A stretch of DNA of 64,000 bases, filler included, from Lama guanicoe (GCA_013239625.1; 80 parts of 80 records of this genome joined end to end with filler, not necessarily neighbours in it); one strand, 5' to 3'. Shown: positions 23,333 through 35,835, counted from the first letter of the whole stretch. The notes: generated by a model from the letters alone, not told the origin. Numbers and translations are program-made.

Positions 23333-24519
23333 GTCACTGATGCCTCAAAATGAATGTGAAACTTCATTATCCATTATGGAAGGAGGGCTCATTTTGGACT
23401 CACTTCTAATGGTGAAAAGAGAGACTTTAGTTTTATTAAAGATAATTTTAGTCATCATTCACCCACCAGAGAATGTATTTTATGTAGGCCTCAGTCACCC
23501 TAGGGCTNNNNNNNNNNNNNNNNNNNNNNNNNNNNNNNNNNNNNNNNNNNNTTAATTAATTAANNNNNNNNNNNNNNNNNNNNNNNNNNNNNNNNNNNNN
23601 NNNNNNNATCACCTTCAAACCCAAGTCTCCTGTCCGGTTGAGAGTGTGCGTCCAAGAAAAAAAGAGTTTCACCTTTGCTCCTCCATCACCAGGGGTCAGA
23701 CCCTGCACTGGTTTCCATTCCCTGCTTTGCCTTCTCCTGCTTCCAGGTGTTCTGAGGCCTCACCCTGACTTTGGAAGTTACAGACCTCTCTTCGGCAAGT
23801 GTCCTGTGCCAAGGGCTGGGTGAGTGGATGTTTCCATTGCTGTGTACATGGGAGCGAGTATGCACTGCTCCTCTGCCAACTGGGCATCGACTAATCAACA
23901 CTTTCCAGATATATTTCACAGAAATGTGATATTTGTTTAGCTCTTTTTTCTATACAGCCTTGGTGGGAGGTATTAACCGAAGATTCCAGTTTTGACGTTG
24001 TTTTGATATCTCATTTGCAGGCTTTAAATAGTTTAATAGAATTGATNNNNNNNNNNNNNNNNNNNNNNNNNNNNNNNNNNNNNNNNNNNNTTAATTAATT
24101 AANNNNNNNNNNNNNNNNNNNNNNNNNNNNNNNNNNNNNNNNNNNNTTTTAGGCTACAGTCTGTTCCCTTTAAAAAATGGGGTTGGGAAGAAGAAAGAAA
24201 AAGATCAGAAAATTCTGTCCGTTTTAGTCCCGACTGCCTGAAGCAAAGTATTCCTCTAGAAGTGAATGTGCTCTCCGAGACCCTTGGCAATCACCACCCG
24301 GGCAGAAATTTGCTTGGTCCCACAGTGTCATCTAGGGGATGACTGGTGAAATGACAGCCTCCTAATCCTTTTTCTGCTGATATTTATTATCTGCAAAAAA
24401 CACACATTCAGAGTCACAGGGCACAATTTCTACCTTCTCTTCTCAAATCAGCTGGCCTAAGCACCCATAAATGGGAATCCTGTTTTAGGATAGAAGAATG
24501 AAATGATACAATCTGGCAT

Positions 24520-24795
24520 ATTCAAAGGACCCCTCAGGGTACTGAGTGGAAAGTAGACTTAGAGGTGGTGGATGGAATCTGCTGGGAGAAAAGGTAGAAA
24601 ACTACTGCTAAAGTTTAAACAGAGGGTGTGGGGGTCGCAGCCTGAAGTGGCATTTGCAAGAGAAATAACTGGTTGGGGGAGAATTTTGAAGGATTTGCTG
24701 AAGAATTGGACATAGCTCATGAAAGAAAGATAGGTGTCAAGGATGACTCCACAGCTTTTTATCTGAACAACTAAAACAACTCAGTGCCATTTGTT
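24520..24795 (-). mobile_element. LINE-2 fragment
   Basis: aggatttgctgaagaattgga and gtcaaggatgactcc are typical L2 motifs. Confidence 0.55.
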
Positions 24796-24839
24796 CCGTC
24801 AGGCATGACCAAAGGAAACTCAATCCAAGGGCATTCCAC

Positions 24840-25070
24840 TGAAATAGGAGCGAAGGGGCCAGGTCACAACCACTGAAGGAATGACACAGCCACTGAGGAC
24901 AGGACAAAGTGGTTAGAACCAAGATGGCAGAAGTTGCGACTTCCAGTAGACCTTGAGCCTCATGTTGCACCCACAAGTGCAATGACAGTTACGTGGCTGA
25001 CCATAAAAGGTCAAAAAGTGCGCAGGGGGTGTTTCCTGGAAACCCTCACCCCTTCCCCAAAGTAGTTGGA
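24840..25070 (+). mobile_element. ERV1-like LTR 5' part (same family as 4291-4906)
   Basis: Starts TGAAATAGGAGCGAAGGGGCC; shares ccagtaga.cttgagc and ggctgaccataaaaggtcaaa with the 4291 copy. Confidence 0.8.
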
Positions 25071-25170
25071 NNNNNNNNNNNNNNNNNNNNNNNNNNNNNN
25101 NNNNNNNNNNNNNNTTAATTAATTAANNNNNNNNNNNNNNNNNNNNNNNNNNNNNNNNNNNNNNNNNNNN

Positions 25171-25591
25171 GCTGGATAAGTTAAATATATTTTTATTCTT
25201 TTGAGGAATACCCATCCTGTTTTCTCAATGACTGCAACAAACTACATTCCTACCAACAGTGTAGAAGGGTTCCATTTCTTCATAGCTTCCCCAGCATTTA
25301 TTGTTTTTGGACTTTTTATTGACGGCCATTGTGACTAATGTGAGGTGATAATTCATTATAGTTTTGAATTGCCCTTCTCTGATAATGAGAGTAAAACAAT
25401 TTTTTTTCATATTTCTATGTGGCATTTGTATGTCTCTAATGGATAATGTATTGTTTAGGGCTTCTGTGCATTTTCAGATTGGGTTTCTTTTGTTTTGTAT
25501 TATTATTAGGTTGTATGAAATCTATATTTTGGAAATTTAGCTTTTGTCAGTTGCATCATTTCTAAATATTTTCCTTAATCCTGTAGTTAGT
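25171..25591 (-). mobile_element. LINE-1 ORF2 C-terminal fragment
   Basis: ORF 25225-25425(-) LIIREGQFKTIMNYHLT...KKSKNNKCW is the L1 ORF2 C-terminus. Confidence 0.9.
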
Positions 25592-25691
25592 NNNNNNNNN
25601 NNNNNNNNNNNNNNNNNNNNNNNNNNNNNNNNNNNTTAATTAATTAANNNNNNNNNNNNNNNNNNNNNNNNNNNNNNNNNNNNNNNNNNNN

Positions 25692-26548
25692 AACACTCAG
25701 GGGAGACTAAGTTAGGCATTCCGTTAGAACCCACGCGCTGACGAATATTGGTGGAACCTCCCGACACTCAGTTTTCCGTAAAAATTGTCAGTGCGTGGGG
25801 GAGCACGAGAGACAACTCCACGCAGCTCTCTTCAGGCTCAGGTGTTCCCTTTTAGGATGAAGTTCCAGAAATACCTTCCCTGACCTTGGGGAGGCAGCCT
25901 CACTAACTGGGAATACCTGAAACCCCCGCTAAAATTCCTTGGCAGAGAGATATTAGGAAAACCATCAGGGCAGAGGAACTTAGGCATTCCGTTAGAACCC
26001 ACGCGCTACCGAAAGTTGGTGGAACCTCCACACGCTCAGGATTCCGGAACAATAATCAGTGCGTGGGGGATCTCCAGAGACATCTCCACGCAGCTCTCTT
26101 CAGTCACAGGTGTTCTCTGTTCGGGGGAAGTCCGAGAAATACGTTCTCAAACCTTGGGCTGGCTGCTGCTGACGCTGGGCATTCCAGCACAGATCCCTAG
26201 CATTCACTGGCAGCCAGAACTTAGGAAAACCTTCAGGGGAGACGAGCTTAAGCAATCCTTTAGAACGCACGCGCTGCCGACTCTTGGTATAAGCTCCCCA
26301 TGCTCAGGATTCCGGAAACATTGTTTGTGCGTGGGGGAGCTCGAGAGACATCTCCACGCAGCTCTCTTCAGTCACAGGTGTTCCCTGTTCGGGGAGGAAA
26401 TTCAAAGAAATACTTTCCTTGATCTTGGGGGCAGCCGATGACACTGGGAATTGCAACGCAGATCTCAAGCATTCCCTGGAAGCCAGATATTAGGAAAAGC
26501 ATCAGGGGAGACGAGCATAGGCAATCCTTTAGAACGCACGCGCTGCCG
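25692..26548 (+). repeat. GC-rich ~267-bp satellite, heterogeneous monomers
   Basis: About three tandem monomers. Confidence 0.92.
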
Positions 26549-26648
26549 NNNNNNNNNNNNNNNNNNNNNNNNNNNNNNNNNNNNNNNNNNNNTTAATTAA
26601 TTAANNNNNNNNNNNNNNNNNNNNNNNNNNNNNNNNNNNNNNNNNNNN

Positions 26649-27499
26649 ACTGAAGAGAGCTGCGTGGAGTTGTCTCTCGAGCTCCCCCACACATTGAAAA
26701 ATGTTTCGGAAACCTGAGCGACGAGCGGTTCCACCAATGGTCGGCAGCACGTGGGTTCTAAGGGAATGCCTAAGCTCGTCACCCCTGAGAGTTTTCCTAA
26801 TGTCTCTGTGCCAGGGAACACTAGGGTGGTTTACAGGAATTCCCAGAAACAGAGGCTGCCTCCCTAAGTTCAGGGAAGATATTTCTCGGATTTCCCCCAA
26901 ACCGGGAAAGTGACTGAAGAGAGCTGCGTGGAGTTGTCTCTCGAGCTCCCCCATGCACTGATTATGGTTCCGGAATCCTGAGCATGGGAAAGTTCCACCA
27001 ACTGTCGGCAGTGCGTGGGTTTTAACGGATTGCATAAGCTCGACTCCCCTGAGGGATTTCCTAATGTCTGGCTGCAAGGTAATTGTAGGGATCTGCGCTG
27101 CAATTCCCAGGGTCAGCAGATACCACCCCAAGGTTAAGGAATGTATTTCTCTGACTTCCCCCGTATAGGGAACACCTGTGACTAAAGAGAGCTGCGTGGA
27201 GTTGTCTCTCGGGCTCCCCCACGCACTGACAATTTTTCCGGAATCCTGAGAGTCGGGGGGTTCCACCAACGATCGGCAGCGCGTGAGTTCTGACGGATTT
27301 ACTAAGCTCGTCTCCCATGAGGGTTTTGCTAAGTTCTGGCTACCAGTGAATGCTAGGGATCTGCGCTGGAATGCCCAGGTCCAGTAGCAGCCAGCTCAAG
27401 GTTTGAGAAGATAATTCTCGGAATTCCCCCGAACAGGGAACACGTGTGACTGAAGAGAGATACGTGGAGATGTCTCTCGACCTCCCCCACGCACAAACA
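26649..27499 (-). repeat. GC-rich ~267-bp satellite, reverse orientation
   Basis: Repeated actgaagagagctgcgtggagttgtctctcg, the reverse complement of the satellite core. Confidence 0.92.
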
Positions 27500-28095
27500 N
27501 NNNNNNNNNNNNNNNNNNNNNNNNNNNNNNNNNNNNNNNNNNNTTAATTAATTAANNNNNNNNNNNNNNNNNNNNNNNNNNNNNNNNNNNNNNNNNNNNC
27601 AAAACACTCGTGGTTCAGAAGTTGAAAAAGCTAATGAGGAACCAAGAGGAAGCTGGAAGAGGCAGAGACCCAGTGACCCACACCAACAGGGGTGAGCCCA
27701 CTCATCTGTAAGTGACTGTGTACCTGACTTACAACCATCACTGGTACACTTGCTCTGACCTTCCAAACTTAAAAACCTCAGCTTTACATAGTCTATTTTC
27801 TTAAAGTATTGCTTGAAGCCCATGCAATTTCAGAACTATACAGGGAAGGTTAAATCTGAAAAAGAATTCATAAATATGCTAATAAACAATAGCAAGGGAG
27901 AGAGAGTGTTCTTTTTATTAAGTATTTAATAGATTTAAGTATTGTGATAAAAAGCTAAGCATGTATAAGGTTCAGAGAGTTTAATATAATACTGTNNNNN
28001 NNNNNNNNNNNNNNNNNNNNNNNNNNNNNNNNNNNNNNNTTAATTAATTAANNNNNNNNNNNNNNNNNNNNNNNNNNNNNNNNNNNNNNNNNNNN

Positions 28096-29621
28096 AACCG
28101 GCACTAGGAAACAGACCTAGAAACCAGAGTAAGTGTTTTTCCTGCAACCAGTTTCCTTTGTGCTGGATGAAAGTACGACTCTCCACATGCTCAGTTCTGA
28201 GAGATAAGTGTGTGTGAAAGCCGTCCTTCACCTAGCTTGAAGGGAACACAAAGTTCCTATCTGTTGCAAACTCNNNNNNNNNNNNNNNNNNNNNNNNNNN
28301 NNNNNNNNNNNNNNNNNNNNNNNNNNNNNNNNNNNNNNNNNNNNNNNNNNNNNNNNNNNNNNNNNNNNNNNNNNNNNNNNNNNNNNNNNNNNNNNNNNNN
28401 NNNNNNNNNNNNNNNNNNNNCTAGCTTGAAGGGAACACAAAGTTTCTTTTCAGTTGCAAAATCCACTCCATACATATATATGGGGAGGTCCAAGCTCCAA
28501 CTCGATTTTACAGTGAAAACGGCAGGCACTTCAAACCGGCACTAGGAAACAGACTGAGAAACCAGAGACAGTGTTTCTCCTGCAACCCGTTCCTTTTTTG
28601 CTGGATGAACGAACGTCTATTCACATGCTCATTTCTGAGAGATATGTGTGTGTGAAAGCCGTCCTTCAACTAGCTTGAAGGGAACACAAACTTTCTTTTC
28701 AGTTGCAAAGTCCACTCCACACATATATATGTGGAGATACAAGCTCCAACACGGTTTTACAGTGAAAACGGCAGGCACTTCAAACCGGCACTCAGAAACA
28801 GACTGAGAAACCAGAGTAAGGGTTTCTCCTGCAACCCGTTCCCTTTGTGCTGGATGAACGAACGTCTCTCCACATGCTCAGTTCTGAGAGATAAGTGTGT
28901 GTGAAAGCCGTCCTTCACCTAGCTTGAAGGGAACACAAAGTTTCTTTTCAGTTGCAAACTCCACTACATACATATATATGGGGTGGTCCAAGCTCCAACT
29001 CGGTTTTACAGTGAAATCGGCAGGCACTTGAGACCGGCACTAGGAAACACACTGAGAAACTAGAGTAAGGCTTTCTCCTGCAACCCGTTCCCTTTGTGCN
29101 NNNNNNNNNNNNNNNNNNNNNNNNNNNNNNNNNNNNNNNNNNNTTAATTAATTAANNNNNNNNNNNNNNNNNNNNNNNNNNNNNNNNNNNNNNNNNNNNC
29201 CACTCCATACATATATAAAGGGAGGTGCAAGCTCCAACTCGGTATTACAGTGAAAAACGAAGGAAATTCAAACCGGCACTAGGAAACAGACTGAGAACCC
29301 AGAGTAAGTGTTTCTCCTGCATCCCGTTCCTTTGTGCTGAATGAACGAGCGTCTCTCCACATGCTCAGTTCTGAGAGATAAATGTGTGTGAAAGTCGTCC
29401 TTCGCCTAGGTTGAAGGGAACACAAAGTTACATTTCNNNNNNNNNNNNNNNNNNNNNNNNNNNNNNNNNNNNNNNNNNNNNNNNNNNNNNNNNNNNNNNN
29501 NNNNNNNNNNNNNNNNNNNAACTTCAAACCTAGGAAACAGATTGAGAAGCCAGAATAAGTGTTCCTTCTGCCACCCGTTCCCTTTGTGCTGAATGAACAA
29601 ACGTCTCTCCACATGCTCAGT
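28096..29621 (+). repeat. ~249-bp satellite (two scaffolds: 28096-29099 and 29200-29621)
   Basis: ctagcttgaagggaacacaaa at 28421, 28670 and 28919, an exact 249-bp period. Confidence 0.93.
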
Positions 29622-29721
29622 NNNNNNNNNNNNNNNNNNNNNNNNNNNNNNNNNNNNNNNNNNNNTTAATTAATTAANNNNNNNNNNNNNNNNNNNNNNN
29701 NNNNNNNNNNNNNNNNNNNNN

Positions 29722-30242
29722 ATATACAATGGAATAAAGACAGTCTCTTCAGCAAATGGTGTTGGGACAATTGAACTGCAGCATGTAATACAATGAAGCT
29801 AGAACACACCCTTACACCATATACAAAAATCAACTCAAAATGGATCAAAGACTTAAACATAAGACAAGATACAATAAACCTCCTAGAGGAAAACATAGGA
29901 AAAACATAATCAGACATACATTTCAAAAATTTTCTCCTAGAAGAAATAAAAGCAAGAATAAACAAATGGGACCTAATGAAACTTACAAGCTTCTGCAGAG
30001 CAAAGGAAACCAGAAAAACCTATTGAATGGGAGAAAATATTTACAAAAGAAGAGACTGACAAGGGCTTAATTTCCAGAATATATAAACAGCTTATACAAC
30101 TTAATAGAAAAAACAAACAAACAACCCAACCCAAACCTGGGCAGAAGACCTAAACAAGCAATTCTCCAAGGAAGACTTACAGATGATCAAAAAGCACATA
30201 AAAAATTCTCAATATCACTAATTATCAGAGAAATGCAAATCA
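29722..30242 (+). mobile_element. Young LINE-1 ORF2 C-terminal fragment
   Basis: Encodes QWNKDSLFSKWCWDN*...[14 protein letters not shown]. Confidence 0.93.
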
Positions 30243-30342
30243 NNNNNNNNNNNNNNNNNNNNNNNNNNNNNNNNNNNNNNNNNNNNTTAATTAATTAANN
30301 NNNNNNNNNNNNNNNNNNNNNNNNNNNNNNNNNNNNNNNNNN

Positions 30343-31919
30343 CCTCTGTCACTGGGATTTCCTGCAAACCCCCCTAACATTCCCTGGCACAAAGAAATTA
30401 GGAAAGCCCTCAGGGGAGATGAGCTCAGGCATTCCGTTGGAACCCATGCGCTGCCGGCCATTGGTGGAACCTCCCCACGCTCAGGATTCCGGAACCATTG
30501 TCAGTGCGTGGGGAGCTCGAGAGACAACTCCACGCAGCTCTCTTCAGTCACAGGTGTTCCCTGTCCTGGGAAGTCCGAGAAATAGTTTCCCTTACCTTGG
30601 GGAGGCAGCCTCTGTCACTGGGATTGCCTGCAAACACCCCTAGCATTCCCTGTCACAGAAACATTAGGAAAAAACCCAGGGGCGTCGAGCAAAGGCATTC
30701 CGTAAGAACCCACGCGCTGCCGACCTTTGGTGGAACCTCCCCACCCTCAGGATTCCGGAACCATTGTCAGTGCGTGGGGAGCTCGAGAGACAACTCCACG
30801 CAGCTCTCTTCAGTCACAGGTGTTCCCTGTTAGGGGGAATTCTGGGAAATTCCTTCCCTGAACTTGGGGAGGCAGCCTCTGACACAGGGATTGCCTGCAA
30901 ACCCCCCTAGNNNNNNNNNNNNNNNNNNNNNNNNNNNNNNNNNNNNNNNNNNNNNNNNNNNNNNNNNNNNNNNNNNNNNNNNNNNNNNNNNNNNNNNNNN
31001 NNNNNNNNNNNNNNNNNNNNNNNNNNNNNNNNNNNNNNNNNNNNNNNNNNNNNNNNNNNNNNNNNNNNNNNNNNNNNNNNNNNNNNNNNNNNNNNNNNNN
31101 NNNNNNNNNNNNNNNNNNNNNNNNNNNNNNNNNNNNNNNNNNNNNNNNNNNNNNNNNNNNNNNNNNNNNNNNNNNNNNNNNNNNNNNNNNNNNNNNNNNN
31201 NNNNNNNNNNNNNNNNNNNNNNNNNNNNNNNNNNNNNNNNNNNNNNNNNNNNNNNNNNNNNNNNNNNNNNNNNNNNNNNNNNNNNNNNNNNNNNNNNNNN
31301 NNNNNNNNNNNNNNNNNNNNNNNNNNNNNNNNNNNNNNNNNNNNNNNNNNNNNNNNNNNNNNNNNNNNNNNNNNNNNNNNNNNNNNNNNNNNNNNNNNNN
31401 NNNNNNNNNNNNNNNNNNNNNNNNNNNNNNNNNNNNNNNNNNNNNNNNNNNNNNNNNNNNNNNNNNNNNNNNNNNNNNNNNNNNNNNNNNNNNNNNNNNN
31501 NNNNNNNNNNNNNNNNNNNNNNNNNNNNNNNNNNNNNNNNNNNNNNNNNNNNNNNNNNNNNNNNNNNNNNNNNNNNNNNNNNNNNNNNNNNNNNNNNNNN
31601 NNNNNNNNNNNNNNNNNNNNNNNNNNNNNNNNNNNNNNNNNNNNNNNNNNNNNNNNNNNNNNNNNNNNNNNNNNNNNNNNNNNNNNNNNNNNNNNNNNNN
31701 NNNNNNNNNNNNNNNNNGAACCCACGCGCTGCCGACCGTTGGTGGAACCTCCCCACGCTCAGGATTCCGGAACCATTGTCAGTGCGTGGGGAGATCGTGA
31801 GACAACTCCACGCAGCTCTCTTAAGTCACAGGTGTTCCCTGTTAGGGAGAATTCTGAGAAATTCCTTCCATGACCTTGGGGAGGCGGCCTCTGTCACTGG
31901 GATTGCTTGCAAACACCCC
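30343..31919 (+). repeat. GC-rich ~267-bp satellite, A-type array (N gap 30911-31717)
   Basis: cctctg(t/a)cac at 30343, 30609 and 30876 (266 and 267 bp apart). Confidence 0.93.
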
Positions 31920-33989
31920 NNNNNNNNNNNNNNNNNNNNNNNNNNNNNNNNNNNNNNNNNNNNTTAATTAATTAANNNNNNNNNNNNNNNNNNNNNNNNN
32001 NNNNNNNNNNNNNNNNNNNTTACATTGTAGTTTGAGGGTACATTTATATATTTAAAAATTTTTTCTCTTATTTTGAATTTGGCTTATGTTTAATGGATTT
32101 TATATGTAAATAAATAATATAACTTTTGGTTGAACTGGATTTACTGCAGTTTACTGATACAGAACATAGCTATTATTTACAATTAGTGCACAAGACACTT
32201 GCCTTAAAATGTCATATTATACTAACAATGCCAACTGTTTCAGGACTGAGAAATGTATTGTTTCCTATAATGCATTACCTGGTCTTTTCCACCCCAACTG
32301 ACATAAACTGTTATATCTTTGTTTTTTGAATGTTTGTTTGTTTGCCCCTTAATGGAGGCACTGCTTATTGAACCCAGGATCTTGTGCATAAGTGTATTTA
32401 TCAACATAATTTTGGAACATTTAACAGAAGCCCTAAGAGTATGGATTAGAAAGATGACAAGAAAATTTATTACTTCTAGGGACTGAAAAACCTCTGAGTG
32501 AAAGAATGGCAAAAATAAACATTTGTAAATATACAATAAGATTGTCTCTTTTGCAATTTTAATGTAGAATATTAAATTACATTAGTTTCAATTATAGCAC
32601 TGAATTACAATTTAAAACAAAAATTCCCCCTTTCTGATTTCTTAAATTTGATTGATATCATAAATATATTTATTTATAAACATACCAAATAAAATGATAT
32701 TTATTCTACTCATATTTAGAATATAGTGCTACTTATTGTAAAGTACACAGATAAATACCAACTTCCATTTCCAAATCAAATTATGTATCACTTTAATTAT
32801 AAATGATGATGAAATAATTATACCTATTCTGTACAGGTTTTATACAAATTTCGCTTTAAATTCCTAAACTTTAAAATTATTTTATATATTTTCTGCAGTA
32901 TTTATACTCTGTTCACCAATCCGGTATAAATTTCTGTACAAAAGGATGGAGATTGTTTTTATTTAAAAGACCCCAAAATTAAATTCTTTAAAANNNNNNN
33001 NNNNNNNNNNNNNNNNNNNNNNNNNNNNNNNNNNNNNTTAATTAATTAANNNNNNNNNNNNNNNNNNNNNNNNNNNNNNNNNNNNNNNNNNNNGAGCAGA
33101 CCAAGCATCAGGTAGCTTAGAGAGGCTATCATGCAGCACATGATTTGGACGGTTCTCAGTTCTGACCTGCATGCTCTTGAGACCCTTTTGTAACTCCTAA
33201 CACTCTGTTTTCTCATACCTATAGTGATGGTTATTAATGACTGAGTTAATCCTCTTACAATGCTGAGGTGCTATTGTTCCTTGGATAACAGAATATTTTG
33301 AAGGGATCAATTTTTTATCACTTCCCCCTAATGAAGTATGTTTTTAAAACTAGAAATGTTTCGGGGGGACTCAGGTCCTCCTCTTGCACCAGTTCCTGAG
33401 GTGTTGGCAGTTTCTGCTCTGAGCTCCAGATCCTGATCCTGCCGGTGGTCTATGGTGATGCCAGTGTGTACATGCTCTTTTGCACCGGTGTGGAAAGGTG
33501 ACAGCCCTTCCCCTACATGAGGCTGCAACATGCTGACACTCAAAGCAGGCACAATGAAGAAACAGCTGTCCCAGGTAGAAACATCACCTTCACCACAGTG
33601 TTCCTGTGCTCCTATCAGGCCTTAACTACTCCCAGCAGGCCATGCATGAGCAGTGTGACAGGTGACTGCTTGTCCCAGCACAGCATGGTGGTGATGATCC
33701 CACCTTATCTGTTCGTTTTTGGAATGTCCCCACACCTCTCTGAGCTTCACTTTGCTCTTCTCACAGGCAGAGTTGTACAGGCATGAACCTCACAGGGTTA
33801 TGGTAGGTAGTCACGGTAGCTGCTCGCTCAGTGGCAGGCTCTGCCTAGAGGGCTGCTGGGAGTGCTGTGTTTCTTCACACTTGTCCTTCNNNNNNNNNNN
33901 NNNNNNNNNNNNNNNNNNNNNNNNNNNNNNNNNTTAATTAATTAANNNNNNNNNNNNNNNNNNNNNNNNNNNNNNNNNNNNNNNNNNNN

Positions 33990-34695
33990 CCATATTTTAT
34001 ATAACAAATAAAAATTAATTCAAAATAGACCACAGACATAAATGTAAAAACTAAATCTATAATCTTTCTAAAAGAAGACAGAGTATAAATTTTTGTGATC
34101 TTACCATAGGCTTTGGTTTCCTAGTTACAGTATGAAGAGCACAAGTGAAAGAAGGAAAAAGCAGATAAACGGGACTTCATCAAAATTAAAACCCTTTTCT
34201 TACAAAGGACATCATCAAAAAAAATGACAGGGGAAATGGGTATCTCAAGTGATAGAGTGTGTGCTTAGCAAGAAAAATAAAATAAATCAATACATCTAAT
34301 TACCTCCCCTGTAAAGAAATTGTTTTAATGTTTAAAAAACTATAGTGAAAGGACAATGTGCAGAATAGAAGAAAAATTTTGCAAAGCATGTATCTAAACA
34401 GAGAGAAGTATCCAGGATATATAACAAATGCTTACAACTAAACAATAGAAGAAAATAGACCCAGTTTTTAAATTTACCACGAATTTAAGTAGATATACAA
34501 TTGGCCAATAAGCATATGAAAAGATGCTCAGCATCACTAGCCAATTCAAAATTAAAATGAGATCTAATTTTACGCCCACCAGGATGGTTATAATCAAAAC
34601 ATGGACAATAACAAGTGTCAGTCAGGAGGCAGAGAAGCCTCATATTTAGCCAGTGGAAAGGAACAATGGTGCAGCTTCTTTGGAGAAGTCTGGTA
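33990..34695 (+). mobile_element. Old L1M ORF2 3' fragment carrying an internally deleted tRNA-SINE (~34229-34315)
   Basis: L1 motifs gacttcatcaaaattaaaac and aaaagatgctcagcatcactag. SINE head ggtatctcaagtgatagagtgtgtgcttagc joined to tail ctaattacctcccc. Confidence 0.75.
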
Positions 34696-34889
34696 NNNNN
34701 NNNNNNNNNNNNNNNNNNNNNNNNNNNNNNNNNNNNNNNTTAATTAATTAANNNNNNNNNNNNNNNNNNNNNNNNNNNNNNNNNNNNNNNNNNNNGAACT
34801 GTGCTGAGCAAATTACTTCCTGCTGGAACAAAGCTTTATCTCCCCTTACAACAAATCTCTCCAACTCCTGATAAATATCTCTTGGTTAC

Positions 34890-35275
34890 ATTATGATGCC
34901 CAGTTGTTTGGTCAAACTCCAGTTTAGATGTTTCTGTGAACATGTATGTCAGGTGTGATTAGCATTTAACTCAGTTCCTTTGAATAAAGCTGATTACCCT
35001 CCATAATGTTGATGGGCCTCATCCAGTTGAAGGAGCCTTCAGAGAAGAGTGAGGCTCCCCAAAGTGGAGGGAATTCTTTTCATGACTGAAGCGTGGAAAC
35101 CCAATCTGAGTCTCCAGACTATCGTCCCTTGGAATTCAGACTCAAGACTGCAACATTAACCCTTACCCGAATTTCCAGGCTGCAGGCCCACCCTACAGGT
35201 TTCAAACATGATAAAAGCTAGACAGGCAGACAGAGAGTTGGATAATCTCCTATTATTTTCATTTCCCCCTTGGAG
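34890..35275 (+). mobile_element. MLT2-type (ERVL) LTR
   Basis: tgcccagttgtttggtcaaac, gattaccctccataatgt.gatgggcctcatcca and ttcagactcaagactgcaacatt are MLT2 hallmarks. Confidence 0.75.
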
Positions 35276-35375
35276 NNNNNNNNNNNNNNNNNNNNNNNNN
35301 NNNNNNNNNNNNNNNNNNNTTAATTAATTAANNNNNNNNNNNNNNNNNNNNNNNNNNNNNNNNNNNNNNNNNNNN

Positions 35376-35726
35376 ACAGATGACTGGATAAAGAAATTGG
35401 GGTATTTTTATACAGTGGAATACTACGCTACCATGAAAAAGAATAAAATGCTATTTGCAGCAATGTGGATGAACCTAGAGGACATCATTCTAAATGAAGC
35501 AAGCCAAAAAGAGAAAAATACCATATGATATCACTCATATGTGGAAACTAAACAAAAAAAAAGGAGAAAAAGGAAAAAGAAAGAAAAAGGACGCTATGAA
35601 CTCATCTACAATACAGAAACAGTCTTGTACACATAGTAAACAATCTCATGGTTACCAGGCAAAGGGGGTGGGAAGGGATACATTTAGGAATTTGAGATTT
35701 ACAATATGGTAGACGCTATATATATA

Positions 35727-35762
<36 letters not shown>

Positions 35763-35835
35763 TAAAGAATTTTTTTCTTCTGTGTAGCACAGAGACCTAC
35801 CTAAGTTCAATATCTAGTAATATTCTATAACGGAA
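35376..35835 (+). mobile_element. LINE-1 3' end with (GA)n microsatellite (~35730-35759)
   Basis: acagatgactggataaagaaa, tttgcagcaatgtggatgaacctagag, gatatcactcatatgtggaa. Confidence 0.88.

Noticed and set aside
28833..28863. CENP-B box in the satellites (CCCGTT...AACGAA in the 249-bp family; TCCGTTGGAA at ~30433 in the 267-bp family)
   Set aside because: The required core NTTCGNNNNANNCGGGN is not matched; the half-sites are wrongly spaced or incomplete.
30830..31967. Long ORFs of 270-370 aa (and similar ones at 2688, 6541, 40974, 45802)
   Set aside because: Almost entirely N-gap translated as X.
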